NCBI RefSeq assembly: GCF_008065095.1 | Contig: NZ_CP042911.1 | Span: forward strand, 150,001-182,000 | Source of the DNA: Gemmata obscuriglobus | GTDB lineage: Bacteria; Planctomycetota; Planctomycetia; Gemmatales; Gemmataceae | DNA: 32,000 bases | Direction of reading: 5' to 3' | In this document: positions 1-7,873 of the stretch, in pieces | How the letters are laid out: every line of letters starts with the position of its first letter | Numbering within the stretch: the first letter of the stretch is position 1 | Program-made: the position numbers and the translations under genes | Notes under the pieces: generated by a model | Told to the model about the DNA's origin: nothing | The model's database searches: none | Seen by the model: the letters and a program-made list of their open reading frames with translations, nothing else

Positions 1-25
1 GCACCGCCGAACATCATCAGGCGAC

Positions 26-70
26 TTCGCAAATTGCGAAATTCTGCCTTGTTGTTTCGCTAATTGCGAA
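26..70. promoter_or_regulatory. Twin 15-bp palindromes (TTCGCAAATTGCGAA at 26-40; TTCGCTAATTGCGAA at 56-70) upstream of higB; candidate HigA operator pair
   Basis: Read directly from the sequence. The first copy has 7-bp arms TTCGCAA/TTGCGAA around one central base. The second copy has one arm mismatch. The two copies are offset by exactly 30 bp and end 46 bp upstream of the GTG start at 116. The operator role is inferred from the autoregulation typical of type II TA loci. Confidence 0.45.
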
Positions 71-115
71 GTGTCATATTAGGTGTGAGGTCGAACCCGT
101 GGTGGATGCCGGACC

Positions 116-481
116 GTGGTAGTGATCGCTCTCAAACGTCTGCGAGACTTCTGGGAGAGTCACCCCGACGCCGAAACCTCGTTGCGGGTGTGGTACGCGG
201 CGACCGAAGCGGCGGACTGGTCGAACTTCTCCGACGTGCGAGCCACGTTCGGGAACGCGAGCATCGTCGGTAGCTGCGTGGTGTTCAACAGCGGGGGCAA
301 CAAGTACCGACTCGTCACTCGCATCAGGTATCAGACCCGCACGGTGTTCGTGCTGCGGGTCATGACGCACGCCGAGTACGATGATCAGGAAAAGTGGCAG
401 GCGGACTGCGGGTGTCACAAGCCGGCACCGCCGAAGGGGCCGCGTCCGGTCAAGAAATCGCCCAAGAAAAAGGGGAGCTAA
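116..481 (+). CDS. higB: Type II toxin HigB (RelE-fold mRNA interferase, HigB_toxin family) with an extra Lys/Pro-rich C-terminal tail
   Basis: The translation VVIALKRLRDFWESHPDAETSLRVWYAATEAADWSNFSDVRATFGNASIV...FNSGGNKYRLVTRIRYQTRTVFVLRVMTHAEYD matches the HigB family consensus as I remember it (ISKKxLxEFW...NIxGNKYRLVxxIxY...VxIxxVxTHxEYD). The start is GTG. An HTH antitoxin gene follows 4 nt downstream. Confidence 0.85.
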   Translation: MVVIALKRLRDFWESHPDAETSLRVWYAATEAADWSNFSDVRATFGNASIVGSCVVFNSGGNKYRLVTRIRYQTRTVFVLRVMTHAEYDDQEKWQADCGCHKPAPPKGPRPVKKSPKKKGS

Positions 482-484
482 CCG

Positions 485-922
485 ATGCCCGCGGCAAACC
501 AAAAGTCGATGCCCGATTCGTACTTTGGGCTCGTTCGGCAGTTCCCTTTGCTCTGCCCCACGAGCGACAGCGAACTCGATGCCGCGTTAATGGTCATCGA
601 CGATCTTCTTACCCAAGAACTCGACGAGGGCGGCGAGGCGTATCTGAGTGCGCTAACGGCGCTAGTCCACGCCTACGAGCGTGAGCACCACGCGATTCCG
701 GGGGCGACTCCTGCCGAAGTGCTGCGCGAGCTGGTGTCGGCCAACGACTTAACTGCGACCGAACTCGCCAAACGCGCCGGTATTGCCCTTTCGACGGTGT
801 CGGCGTTGATGTCTGGCAAGCGCCGCCCGACGCCAGAACAAATGGCTTCGCTGGCCGGTATTTTCAAGGTGCATCCGGGTGTATTTCTCCCGACCAGCAC
901 TCTGCCTCGCCAGCCACAGTAA
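485..922 (+). CDS. higA: Antitoxin HigA (XRE-type HTH transcriptional regulator)
   Basis: It begins 4 nt after the higB stop. The C-terminal HTH reads TATELAKRAGIALSTVSALMSGKRRPTPEQMASLAGIF. The N-terminal helical part (SDSELDAALMVIDDLL...AYLSALTALVHAYE) is typical of HigA partners of HigB_toxin proteins. Confidence 0.85.
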   Translation: MPAANQKSMPDSYFGLVRQFPLLCPTSDSELDAALMVIDDLLTQELDEGGEAYLSALTALVHAYEREHHAIPGATPAEVLRELVSANDLTATELAKRAGIALSTVSALMSGKRRPTPEQMASLAGIFKVHPGVFLPTSTLPRQPQ

Positions 923-991
923 CCCTTCACTACTTGGCGCGACCGCCGCAATCAGCGATACTCCTTCGCATCGCCCAACGGACGTGAGGCG

Positions 992-1531
992 GTGCGGGAG
1001 GGGCAGAGATGCGTGCGGTGTGGTGTGGCGGTTTTGACCGCGGCGATTGGTTGCGGGAAGAAGGCGAGCCCGACAACGGGCGGATCGGTGCAGAACGCGC
1101 CGGCGGGCGAGGTGCCGGCGCCGCGAGAGGTCGTTGCCGAACCCAAGCAGATTCTCAAGAGCCCCGACAACTCGCCACCGATTCCGGTGGACACTCTGAA
1201 ACTTATCAACGAGTACAAGGACCGAGAGATTGCCGCAGACGCGAAGTACCGCGGCAAACTCGTCGAAACCAAAGTCGATGTGCGCAAAACGGGCCGCACC
1301 GAGTCTGGCGAGCCGTACATCGGTTCCGTGTACGGGTCCGATCGGCCGGACCCGCCGATCATCTACCACGTGTTCCCGAAAGACCGAGAGGCTGAAGTCG
1401 CGGCGCTCAAGCTCGGCGAAGTGGTCACCATCGTCGGCACTTGTGCCGGTCGTGTCAACGACGGGAAGTCCCGAATGGTTCGGGGGCTCGAATTTCACAT
1501 CCGGGTCGACGACTGCAAAGTCACCAAGTAA
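992..1531 (+). CDS. Putative lipoprotein with a C-terminal OB-fold (tRNA_anti-like type) domain
   Basis: It has a lipobox-like LTAAIGC followed by GKK. The C-terminal pattern EYKDREIAADAKYRGKLVETKVDV...GEVVTIVGTCAGRV resembles the small tRNA_anti-like OB-fold lipoproteins. The start is uncertain: GTG at 992, 1013 or 1025, all in frame. Confidence 0.6.
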   Translation: MREGQRCVRCGVAVLTAAIGCGKKASPTTGGSVQNAPAGEVPAPREVVAEPKQILKSPDNSPPIPVDTLKLINEYKDREIAADAKYRGKLVETKVDVRKTGRTESGEPYIGSVYGSDRPDPPIIYHVFPKDREAEVAALKLGEVVTIVGTCAGRVNDGKSRMVRGLEFHIRVDDCKVTK

Positions 1532-2176
1532 TCAGTTCGGTTGCTTCACGTGCTTGAACATGGTGTTGGGGTCTGTCTCTTCAATGGGCCACTTCGAGAG
1601 CGGGTCGCTCGTGTTCTGCGTTTGAATCCCGAACCACTTCCAAGTCACTGAGTGCAGGTAAGCGCGGTACGCGCGCCTTGTTGTTGTCGTTCGGGTCCGT
1701 GTCCAGGATCACAGAGACGCGAACCCCCGAGCGGGTGTCGCTTTTCGTTGCTCCACTGCGCCACTCTGGACCGCCGCTTGTCGGCGTGCCATTATGAACG
1801 TCCGCCCGCGTGAGGTTGCAACCGTATGACCGGCCCCGTTCCTCTCCCGGCCCCCTTTGCGCTCTTGGGAACGCCCGGCGGGTTGGCACACGCGCGGTCG
1901 GCGAAGCGGCGCGGCCCCCACCACGTCTGCGCTTCTTCCTGGCACGCCGTTCCCGCCCCACTCGCCGCGGGCGACTGCGGCCCGCGGTGCCGGTCCGGCC
2001 GGACGCCCCGCGTTGGCGCCGTCAGAGTGTGGTATACGGCCCGCACCGCAGCCGCTAATGTAGGCCGTGCCGCCGCACGTTCTGACGGTGTGATGGCCTG
2101 CGAGGGCTGAACCGCAGCACGATCGCTCGCCTCATACCCGATTCCTGTTCGCTCTCGACCGCCAAGGACTTCCCGC

Positions 2177-4522
2177 ATGCCCGCGCCGAAGATGCTGTCC
2201 GGGTTGCCCAAGCCGGTACTGTTCGGGTTGTACGGAGCTGTCGGCGGGTTGCTGGGGGCGCTGCTGTTCGGCGAACTCATCATGCTGGCGCTCGGCCCCA
2301 AAATCGCCACCGCCGCCCTACCGCCGCCGCCCGAACCGCGGCTCGCGGTGAGCGCGCCGACCGCCGTTCAGATTTACCAGGGTGGTACGAACAAGGTGCT
2401 GGTGCAGATCGCCCGCGACGCGTTCGAGGGCGATGTCGCCGTTCGCATCGACGGACTGCCCCCCGGGGTGAGTGCGTCCGCCCCGGACGTCACCATACCC
2501 GCGAATCGGACTGACGGCGAAATCGAACTCGCCGCCGCGTTCGGAGGTGCAGTCGGTGCCGGGCCGCAAAACTTGAAGGTGGTCGCGACCGCAAAGGCCG
2601 GCGAGAAAACGGTCACAGCGGAGTCGGCGCCGTTCCCGATCACGACGCTGGCCTCCCCGATGCCACAAGCCGACATCGTGTTCGTGCTGGACGTGACCGG
2701 CAGCATGCAGAACCAGATCGACGGGCTCAAGAACGGGATCGGCACGTTCTCGCGCGACCTCGAACGCGCCAAAGTGGACGCCCGGTTCGGTTGCGTGGCT
2801 TTCCGCGACTTGACGATGCCCGAGCGCGACCCGGTCACGTATCCGTCGCTCCAGGTGCTCAAGTTCCAGGGCGACGCCTTCACCGCGGACGCGGCCAAGT
2901 TCGCCGCCGCGGTGGGGCGGCAGCGTGCGGCGGGCGGCGGCGACGATCCCGAGAGCAGCCTGGAGGCGATTATTGAGGCGAGCAAGTTCGACTTCCGCAA
3001 GGGGGCGGTGCGGACACTCATCCTCATCACCGACGCCGCGCCCAAGAGCGTGCAGGGGTTGGGAGCGAGCCTCCGGTCCGCGTCCGACGCGCTGGCCGCT
3101 CACAAAGTCGATCTGCTGCACTTGGTTATCAACTCTCCCGGGCACGATGAGTACGTGGAACTCCAGCGATCGGCCCTCGGGGTGCCCGGCGAGAAGGGCG
3201 GCGGGCGCGGAAAGGTGTTCAACCTCGACCGCACCGCCAGCGACGCCACGGCCTTCACGACCGTGCTGCTGCCCGAGATGACCAAGGCGGTTATCGCGGC
3301 GGCCGAGGCGAAGCCCACGAGTCGGCCGGACCTGCCCAAGCAAGAGGTCGCGCCGCCCGAGCTGAAGACCATCAAGGCGGTACAATCGAACCAAACCTAC
3401 GACGCCGCTTCGACCGGGCAACTCGTTTTGGCGGTGAGCGTGTGGACCGGGGCGATTGCGGCCCTCGTTTGCCTCTTCCTCCTGGGCGGACAGCAGCACT
3501 ACCTGCGCGGCACGCTGCCATCGGCCGGGGGAGCGGTCGCGGGGCTCGCGGGCGGCGCGGCGGTGGGGCTCGTCGGCGGCGCCGCGGGCCAGGGGTTGTT
3601 CTTGCTCGCTCCCGACAACCCCATACTCGGCGTCATCTTTCGTGTGTTGGGCTGGACCATCCTGGGCGCACTGGCGGGCGCCGGGCTGTCGCTCTTCGTT
3701 CCCAACTTGAAACCCAAATACGGGTTGGCGGGCGGTGCGGCGGGCGGTGCGGCCGGGGCGATCGGGTACATCGTGGTCGCGTCGGCGGCGAGCGCGGTTC
3801 TGGGCCGGCTCGCGGGCGGGTTGGCGCTGGGGCTTTGCATCGGGCTGATGGTCGCGGTGGTCGAAGCGGCCTTCCGCAGCGCATGGCTCGAAGTTCGGTA
3901 CGGCCCGCGCGAGACGGTGACGGTGAACCTCGGTGCGGAACCGGTCAAGATCGGCGGCGACGCGCGGGCCTGCACCGTGTGGGCGCGCGGGGCCGCGGCC
4001 GTCGCACTGCGGTACTTCATTCGGGACGGCCGGGTGATCTGCACCGACGTTCCCGCGCGCGAAGAGGCGGAGGTCACGAACGGCGACACCCGCGAAGTCG
4101 GAAACGTGACCGTGGTTGTGCGCACGGGGAGCGGCGCCCGGCCGCCCGCGCCCCCGGCACCGCGCCCCGCCGCGCCGCCGATTCCGAAGGCGAAGCCGGC
4201 TCCGAAGCCGTTGGATCTCGACGAGGACGACGGGCTTCCGCTCCCAATGCCGGCTTCGCCTCCGCCCGCCGCCCCGCGTGCTGCGACCCCGTTCGCGCCT
4301 CCGCCGGTGCCGCCGCGCCCGTCGGCTCCACCGCTGGCGGGGCGTCCGCCGGCCCCGCAGTCGCCGACGGCCCGCCCCCCGGTCGCGCCCGTACCGACGC
4401 CACCGGCCGCGCCGGCGCCCAAGCCGCCCACGCGCGACCCGGACGCCTGTCCGGTCTGCGGGCGCAAGAACCCGGGGCGGCCCGGGTCGCGGTACTGCAT
4501 GGTCTGCGATCAGACTTACTGA
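2177..4522 (+). CDS. Multidomain membrane protein: N-terminal TM, beta-sandwich, vWA domain, glycine-zipper multi-TM block, FHA-like beta module, Pro-rich linker, C-terminal zinc ribbon
   Basis: 781-aa ORF with AAGGA upstream of the ATG. A hydrophobic helix spans residues 14-40. vWA hallmarks are IVFVLDVTGSM (MIDAS-like DxTGS, residues 172-176), GGGDDPESSLEAI and TLILITDAAP. Gly/Ala-rich TM segments span residues ~414-565. The segment LEVRYGPRETVTVNLGAEPVKIGGDARACTVW...IRDGRVICTDV...VGNVTVVV is FHA-like. Residues 653-755 are Pro-rich. The protein ends in CPVCGRKNPGRPGSRYCMVC. Confidence 0.85.
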   Translation: MPAPKMLSGLPKPVLFGLYGAVGGLLGALLFGELIMLALGPKIATAALPPPPEPRLAVSAPTAVQIYQGGTNKVLVQIARDAFEGDVAVRIDGLPPGVSASAPDVTIPANRTDGEIELAAAFGGAVGAGPQNLKVVATAKAGEKTVTAESAPFPITTLASPMPQADIVFVLDVTGSMQNQIDGLKNGIGTFSRDLERAKVDARFGCVAFRDLTMPERDPVTYPSLQVLKFQGDAFTADAAKFAAAVGRQRAAGGGDDPESSLEAIIEASKFDFRKGAVRTLILITDAAPKSVQGLGASLRSASDALAAHKVDLLHLVINSPGHDEYVELQRSALGVPGEKGGGRGKVFNLDRTASDATAFTTVLLPEMTKAVIAAAEAKPTSRPDLPKQEVAPPELKTIKAVQSNQTYDAASTGQLVLAVSVWTGAIAALVCLFLLGGQQHYLRGTLPSAGGAVAGLAGGAAVGLVGGAAGQGLFLLAPDNPILGVIFRVLGWTILGALAGAGLSLFVPNLKPKYGLAGGAAGGAAGAIGYIVVASAASAVLGRLAGGLALGLCIGLMVAVVEAAFRSAWLEVRYGPRETVTVNLGAEPVKIGGDARACTVWARGAAAVALRYFIRDGRVICTDVPAREEAEVTNGDTREVGNVTVVVRTGSGARPPAPPAPRPAAPPIPKAKPAPKPLDLDEDDGLPLPMPASPPPAAPRAATPFAPPPVPPRPSAPPLAGRPPAPQSPTARPPVAPVPTPPAAPAPKPPTRDPDACPVCGRKNPGRPGSRYCMVCDQTY

Positions 4523-4553
4523 TTCCGGTGGTCGTTCGGTGGCGAGTTGGTGC

Positions 4554-4579
4554 GGCGCTGTAACGAGGGTTACAGCGCC
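4554..4579 (+). terminator. Perfect 11-bp stem / 4-nt loop hairpin downstream of the vWA gene (no U-tract)
   Basis: GGCGCTGTAAC-gagg-GTTACAGCGCC, paired base by base, lies 32 nt after the stop at 4522. No T-run follows, so intrinsic-terminator function is uncertain. Confidence 0.35.
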
Positions 4580-4683
4580 ACGCCGGTGGTATCGCGACTG
4601 GTCGCGGACTGGGCATCCGCTACCGTCCGACTACCAACTCGCTGGGTGGGTGCTACCCACAAATTCCGCAGGCAAACGAGCCT

Positions 4684-5310
4684 GTGTTCTGCCGAACCGC
4701 GCCCCGACCGCTGGTGTCTGTCGAATGCCCGTTCGCGCCGCGAGAGCTTGCTGTGTCACACCCGACGCCTTCAACCAACGGACTGCCGCGAGCGACGTGG
4801 GCGCACCTCACCGAGGACCAACTTCTGCGGCAGTGCGAGGTGGACACCTACCGGGCGAGTGGTCCGGGCGGCCAGAAGCGCAACAAAACCAGCTCCGCGG
4901 TGCGGTTGCGGCACGCCCCGACCGGTCTCATTGTGATCGCCGAGGAGAGCCGGTCGCAGCACGAGAACAAAGCCAAAGCCCTGAAGCGGCTGTGGCACGC
5001 GCTGTTTCTGGAGCTGCGCGACCCCCTGCCACCCGAACCCACGCCCGAACAGATCGCGGCCCTCCCCGACTACACTGACGCACGCAGCGCAGACGGCCGC
5101 CTCAACCTGAGTGCAAAGAACCCGCGGTTTTGGTTGGCGGTCGGGGTGGCGCTGGATGTGTTCGCGGCGGTCGAGGCCCGCGCCGCGGACGCCGCGACTC
5201 TGCTCGGCGTTTCGACCGGTAACCTGATCGACTTCCTGCAAACCGACCCGAAAGTGTGGCAGGAGGCGAACCGGCTTCGTACCGCTCACGGACACAAAGC
5301 CCTGCGGTGA
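4684..5310 (+). CDS. GGQ-motif peptidyl-tRNA hydrolase / class I release-factor-domain protein with a novel-looking helical C-terminal domain
   Basis: [48 protein letters not shown] is the RF-1/ArfB-type GGQ catalytic domain, with GGQ at 4867-4875. It is followed by a Pro-rich linker and an ~80-aa helical region containing the HTH-like [19 protein letters not shown]. The true start may be GTG at 4753 rather than 4684. Confidence 0.8.
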   Translation: MFCRTAPRPLVSVECPFAPRELAVSHPTPSTNGLPRATWAHLTEDQLLRQCEVDTYRASGPGGQKRNKTSSAVRLRHAPTGLIVIAEESRSQHENKAKALKRLWHALFLELRDPLPPEPTPEQIAALPDYTDARSADGRLNLSAKNPRFWLAVGVALDVFAAVEARAADAATLLGVSTGNLIDFLQTDPKVWQEANRLRTAHGHKALR

Positions 5311-5439
5311 GGCGAGCGCCGGTTGCGTCGTGCCGCTCACGGAATCGGGTGGGCCGCGCGTCGGTGGTTGTGTATCGTGTGTGAAGACCGGCGCCCGCCT
5401 CGGGCGCCGGCCACCCTACCATTCCGCTCGGGTGATTCG

Positions 5440-5913
5440 ATGCCGCCGGGCTTTTCCTGGATCGACCAACCGCGACTCGCGGCGCTGGCCCGCCCGCGGT
5501 CGGCGGACGATTTGCTCTGGCTGCGCCGCCACGGGATCGACGTACTGGTGTCGCTCACGGAGAACCCACTGCCGCGGAACTGGCTCAACGACGCCGGACT
5601 TCTGGCGGTGTCGGTGCCGGTTCCCGACATGGAGCCTCCGAGCCAGCGCCAGTTCGACCACGTTCTGGCTACCTTAAAGCGGGCGCACGACTCGCAAATG
5701 GGGGTGGCGATTCACTGCGCCGCCGGGCTCGGGCGCACCGGGACCGTCCTGGCCGCGTACTTCGTGAGCACCGGGTTGAGCGCACGCGACGCGCTGCGCA
5801 AAGTGCGGGAGCTGCGCCCCGGGTCGGTGGAAACACTCGACCAGGAGCGCGCGATCGAGCAGTACGCCAAGAAATTTGCCGTGCCCGACTCGGACGTGTC
5901 CGCCGCTGAGTAG
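5440..5913 (+). CDS. Dual-specificity (Cys-based, CX5R) protein phosphatase
   Basis: The active-site P-loop is VAIHCAAGLGRTGTVLAAYF (HCxxGxxRT). A candidate general-acid Asp lies upstream (VPVPDMEPP). ATG at 5440 is preferred over the track start at 5323, whose first 39 codons are Arg/Trp-rich. Confidence 0.85.
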   Translation: MPPGFSWIDQPRLAALARPRSADDLLWLRRHGIDVLVSLTENPLPRNWLNDAGLLAVSVPVPDMEPPSQRQFDHVLATLKRAHDSQMGVAIHCAAGLGRTGTVLAAYFVSTGLSARDALRKVRELRPGSVETLDQERAIEQYAKKFAVPDSDVSAAE

Positions 5914-6095
5914 GTCGGAAAACGCTCGGCCCGTTCCGTGTTCGGGACCCGCACCGCTTCCGCAAATCGGCTCGCCCGCTCCGGCTTTCTTCACACCGAT
6001 GTGACGAATCTTTCACACGTTACTTATCGCAACGTTCCGTGTGGGGCGATACAACCACCTTCTGCACCCACCCCAGCCTCTGCGACTCATCGCCG

Positions 6096-7829
6096 ATGAA
6101 CCCATTCTCCGCGTTCGGCTCGTTGGTCGGACTGTTTGCCGTCGTTAGCAGTATCGGGTGGCTCGTCGCGCCGAAACCGGTCGACCACGCCGCCCCGGCC
6201 GCGCCGCCGACACGACCGGTGAAATTTGCGGTGCTGGTCGTGTTCGACCAGATGCGGGGGGACTTTCTCGAACGCTGGCGGCCGCTGTTCGGCCCCAACG
6301 GGTTCGCCCGGCTCCAGCGCGACGGGGCGTGGTTCACCCGCTGCCATTATCCGTATGGGGTCACGGTGACCGGCCCCGGTCACGCCTCGATACTGACCGG
6401 GACGTGCGGCGACACCCACGGCATCGTTAACAACGAGTGGCTGGAGTCGGGCCAGGAGGTGTACTGTGCCGGGAGCGAGCGGTACGATCTCGTGCCCCCG
6501 GCGCCGAAGTTCCCGGCCGATCCGACCGAGAAACCGAAGAACCCGCCCGCCAAACCCAAGCCGAAGGCGGTCGGCACGCCCGAGCGCTTGCTGAGCGAAA
6601 CGGTCGCGGACGTGCTGAAACAGGCGCACGGGCCGAAGGCGAAAGTGTTCGGGCTGTCGCTCAAGGACCGGTCGGCGATTCTCCCGACCGGCAAACGGCC
6701 GGACGGCGCGTTCTGGTTCTACGGCACGTTCGGCACCTCGACCTACTACGGCGACCGTGTGCCCAAGTGGGTTGCGGATTTCAACGCCTCGAAGGTCGCC
6801 GACCGGTGGTTCGGGCACCCATGGGAGCGGTCCCGTCCGACCCTGGATTACGTGCGCTGGAGCGGCCCGGACGACGTTCGCGGTGAGGGCGGCGGGGTCG
6901 GGCAAGGGGGCGCGTTCCCGCACCCGACGACCGGCGGCCGGCCGGTGCTCGGGGCGAAGTACTATGAAGCGCTTGCCAACTCGCCCTACGGCAACGATCT
7001 GTTGCTGGAGTTCGCGAAGTCCTGCATCAGCGCCGAGGGGCTCGGCACCGACGACACCCCTGACCTGCTCGTGGTGAGCTTTTCGTCGAACGACCTGATC
7101 GGGCACACCTGGGGGCCGGACTCGCAGGAGGTGCTCGACGTTACACTCCGCTCGGACGCGCTCATGGCGGACTTCCTCGAATTCCTGGATGAGAAAGTCG
7201 GGAAGGGGCAGTACCTGATGGGGATCACGGCGGACCACGGCGTTTGCCCACTCCCGGAGCGGACCGGCGCCCCCCGGGTGAGTACCACGGAGCTTACAAA
7301 ACTGGTCAACGCGCACCTGTCGAAAAAGTACCCTGCGCTGATCTCGGCGACCGACAAGGACGCGCGGTGGGTGGAGTCGATCCAGTTCCCGTGGCTCCAC
7401 CTGAGCGAGCGGGTCGTCAAGGCGAGCGGGCGCCCGAAGTCCGAAGTCGTTGCCGAAACCGCCAAGGCGCTCCGCGGGCACAAGCACGTGCTGCGCACCC
7501 TGACCGCCGAAGAACTGTCGGGTACGGTCCCGGAGTCGGACGTGATCGCGACCCGCATGAAGCGGTCGTTTTATCCATCGCGCTGTGGTGATTTGGCGAT
7601 TGTCCTGGTGCCGTACGCGCTACCCGGGAGTACCCCGACAGGCACAACGCACGGTTCGCCGTTCAACTACGACACGCATGCGCCTCTGCTGGTGTACGGT
7701 CCGGGGATTCGCGGCGGGGCTCGCACGGAACCGACCACGCCGCAAGCGATGGCGAGCATTTTTGCGAAGTGGTTGAACGTGCGTCGGCCGAAAGATGCGC
7801 AGTTCCCGGTGCCGGAAACGTTGGAATAG
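6096..7829 (+). CDS. Alkaline phosphatase superfamily enzyme, nucleotide pyrophosphatase/phosphodiesterase (NPP/PafA-like) type, with an N-terminal signal anchor
   Basis: Metal and nucleophile motifs are VLVVFDQMRGDF, YGVTVTGPGHASILTG (Thr nucleophile context), VVSFSSNDLIGHTWGP, GITADHG and GTTHGSP. The hydrophobic N-terminus is MNPFSAFGSLVGLFAVVSSIGWLV. I chose ATG at 6096, inside the track ORF that begins at 6039. Confidence 0.85.
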   Translation: MNPFSAFGSLVGLFAVVSSIGWLVAPKPVDHAAPAAPPTRPVKFAVLVVFDQMRGDFLERWRPLFGPNGFARLQRDGAWFTRCHYPYGVTVTGPGHASILTGTCGDTHGIVNNEWLESGQEVYCAGSERYDLVPPAPKFPADPTEKPKNPPAKPKPKAVGTPERLLSETVADVLKQAHGPKAKVFGLSLKDRSAILPTGKRPDGAFWFYGTFGTSTYYGDRVPKWVADFNASKVADRWFGHPWERSRPTLDYVRWSGPDDVRGEGGGVGQGGAFPHPTTGGRPVLGAKYYEALANSPYGNDLLLEFAKSCISAEGLGTDDTPDLLVVSFSSNDLIGHTWGPDSQEVLDVTLRSDALMADFLEFLDEKVGKGQYLMGITADHGVCPLPERTGAPRVSTTELTKLVNAHLSKKYPALISATDKDARWVESIQFPWLHLSERVVKASGRPKSEVVAETAKALRGHKHVLRTLTAEELSGTVPESDVIATRMKRSFYPSRCGDLAIVLVPYALPGSTPTGTTHGSPFNYDTHAPLLVYGPGIRGGARTEPTTPQAMASIFAKWLNVRRPKDAQFPVPETLE

Positions 7830-7873
7830 TGCGGACACTGGGCGCCACGGTCTGGGCTGATTGTGTCTGTTTC

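Noticed and set aside
1581-2310. ORFs 1581-1961 (-), 1792-2310 (-), 1810-2058 (+) and 1826-2110 (+) in the gap upstream of the vWA gene
   Set aside because: Their translations are Arg/Pro/Gly/Ala-rich, they overlap one another, and none has a motif. Only the 3'-proximal part (1532-1708) looks coding-like, and that is reported separately as a possible remnant.
3442-5078. Overlapping long ORFs (3442-4563 +, 3499-4500 -, 4074-4616 -, 4116-5078 +) with extreme Arg/Gly/Pro content
   Set aside because: These are off-frame or antisense readings of the Gly/Ala-rich TM block and the Pro-rich linker of the vWA protein. None has a motif or a plausible start context.
6087-7487. 466-aa minus-strand ORF inside the NPP/alkaline phosphatase gene
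   Set aside because: It is a shadow ORF with an Arg/Pro/Val-rich translation. The plus strand carries the complete set of alkaline-phosphatase-superfamily motifs.
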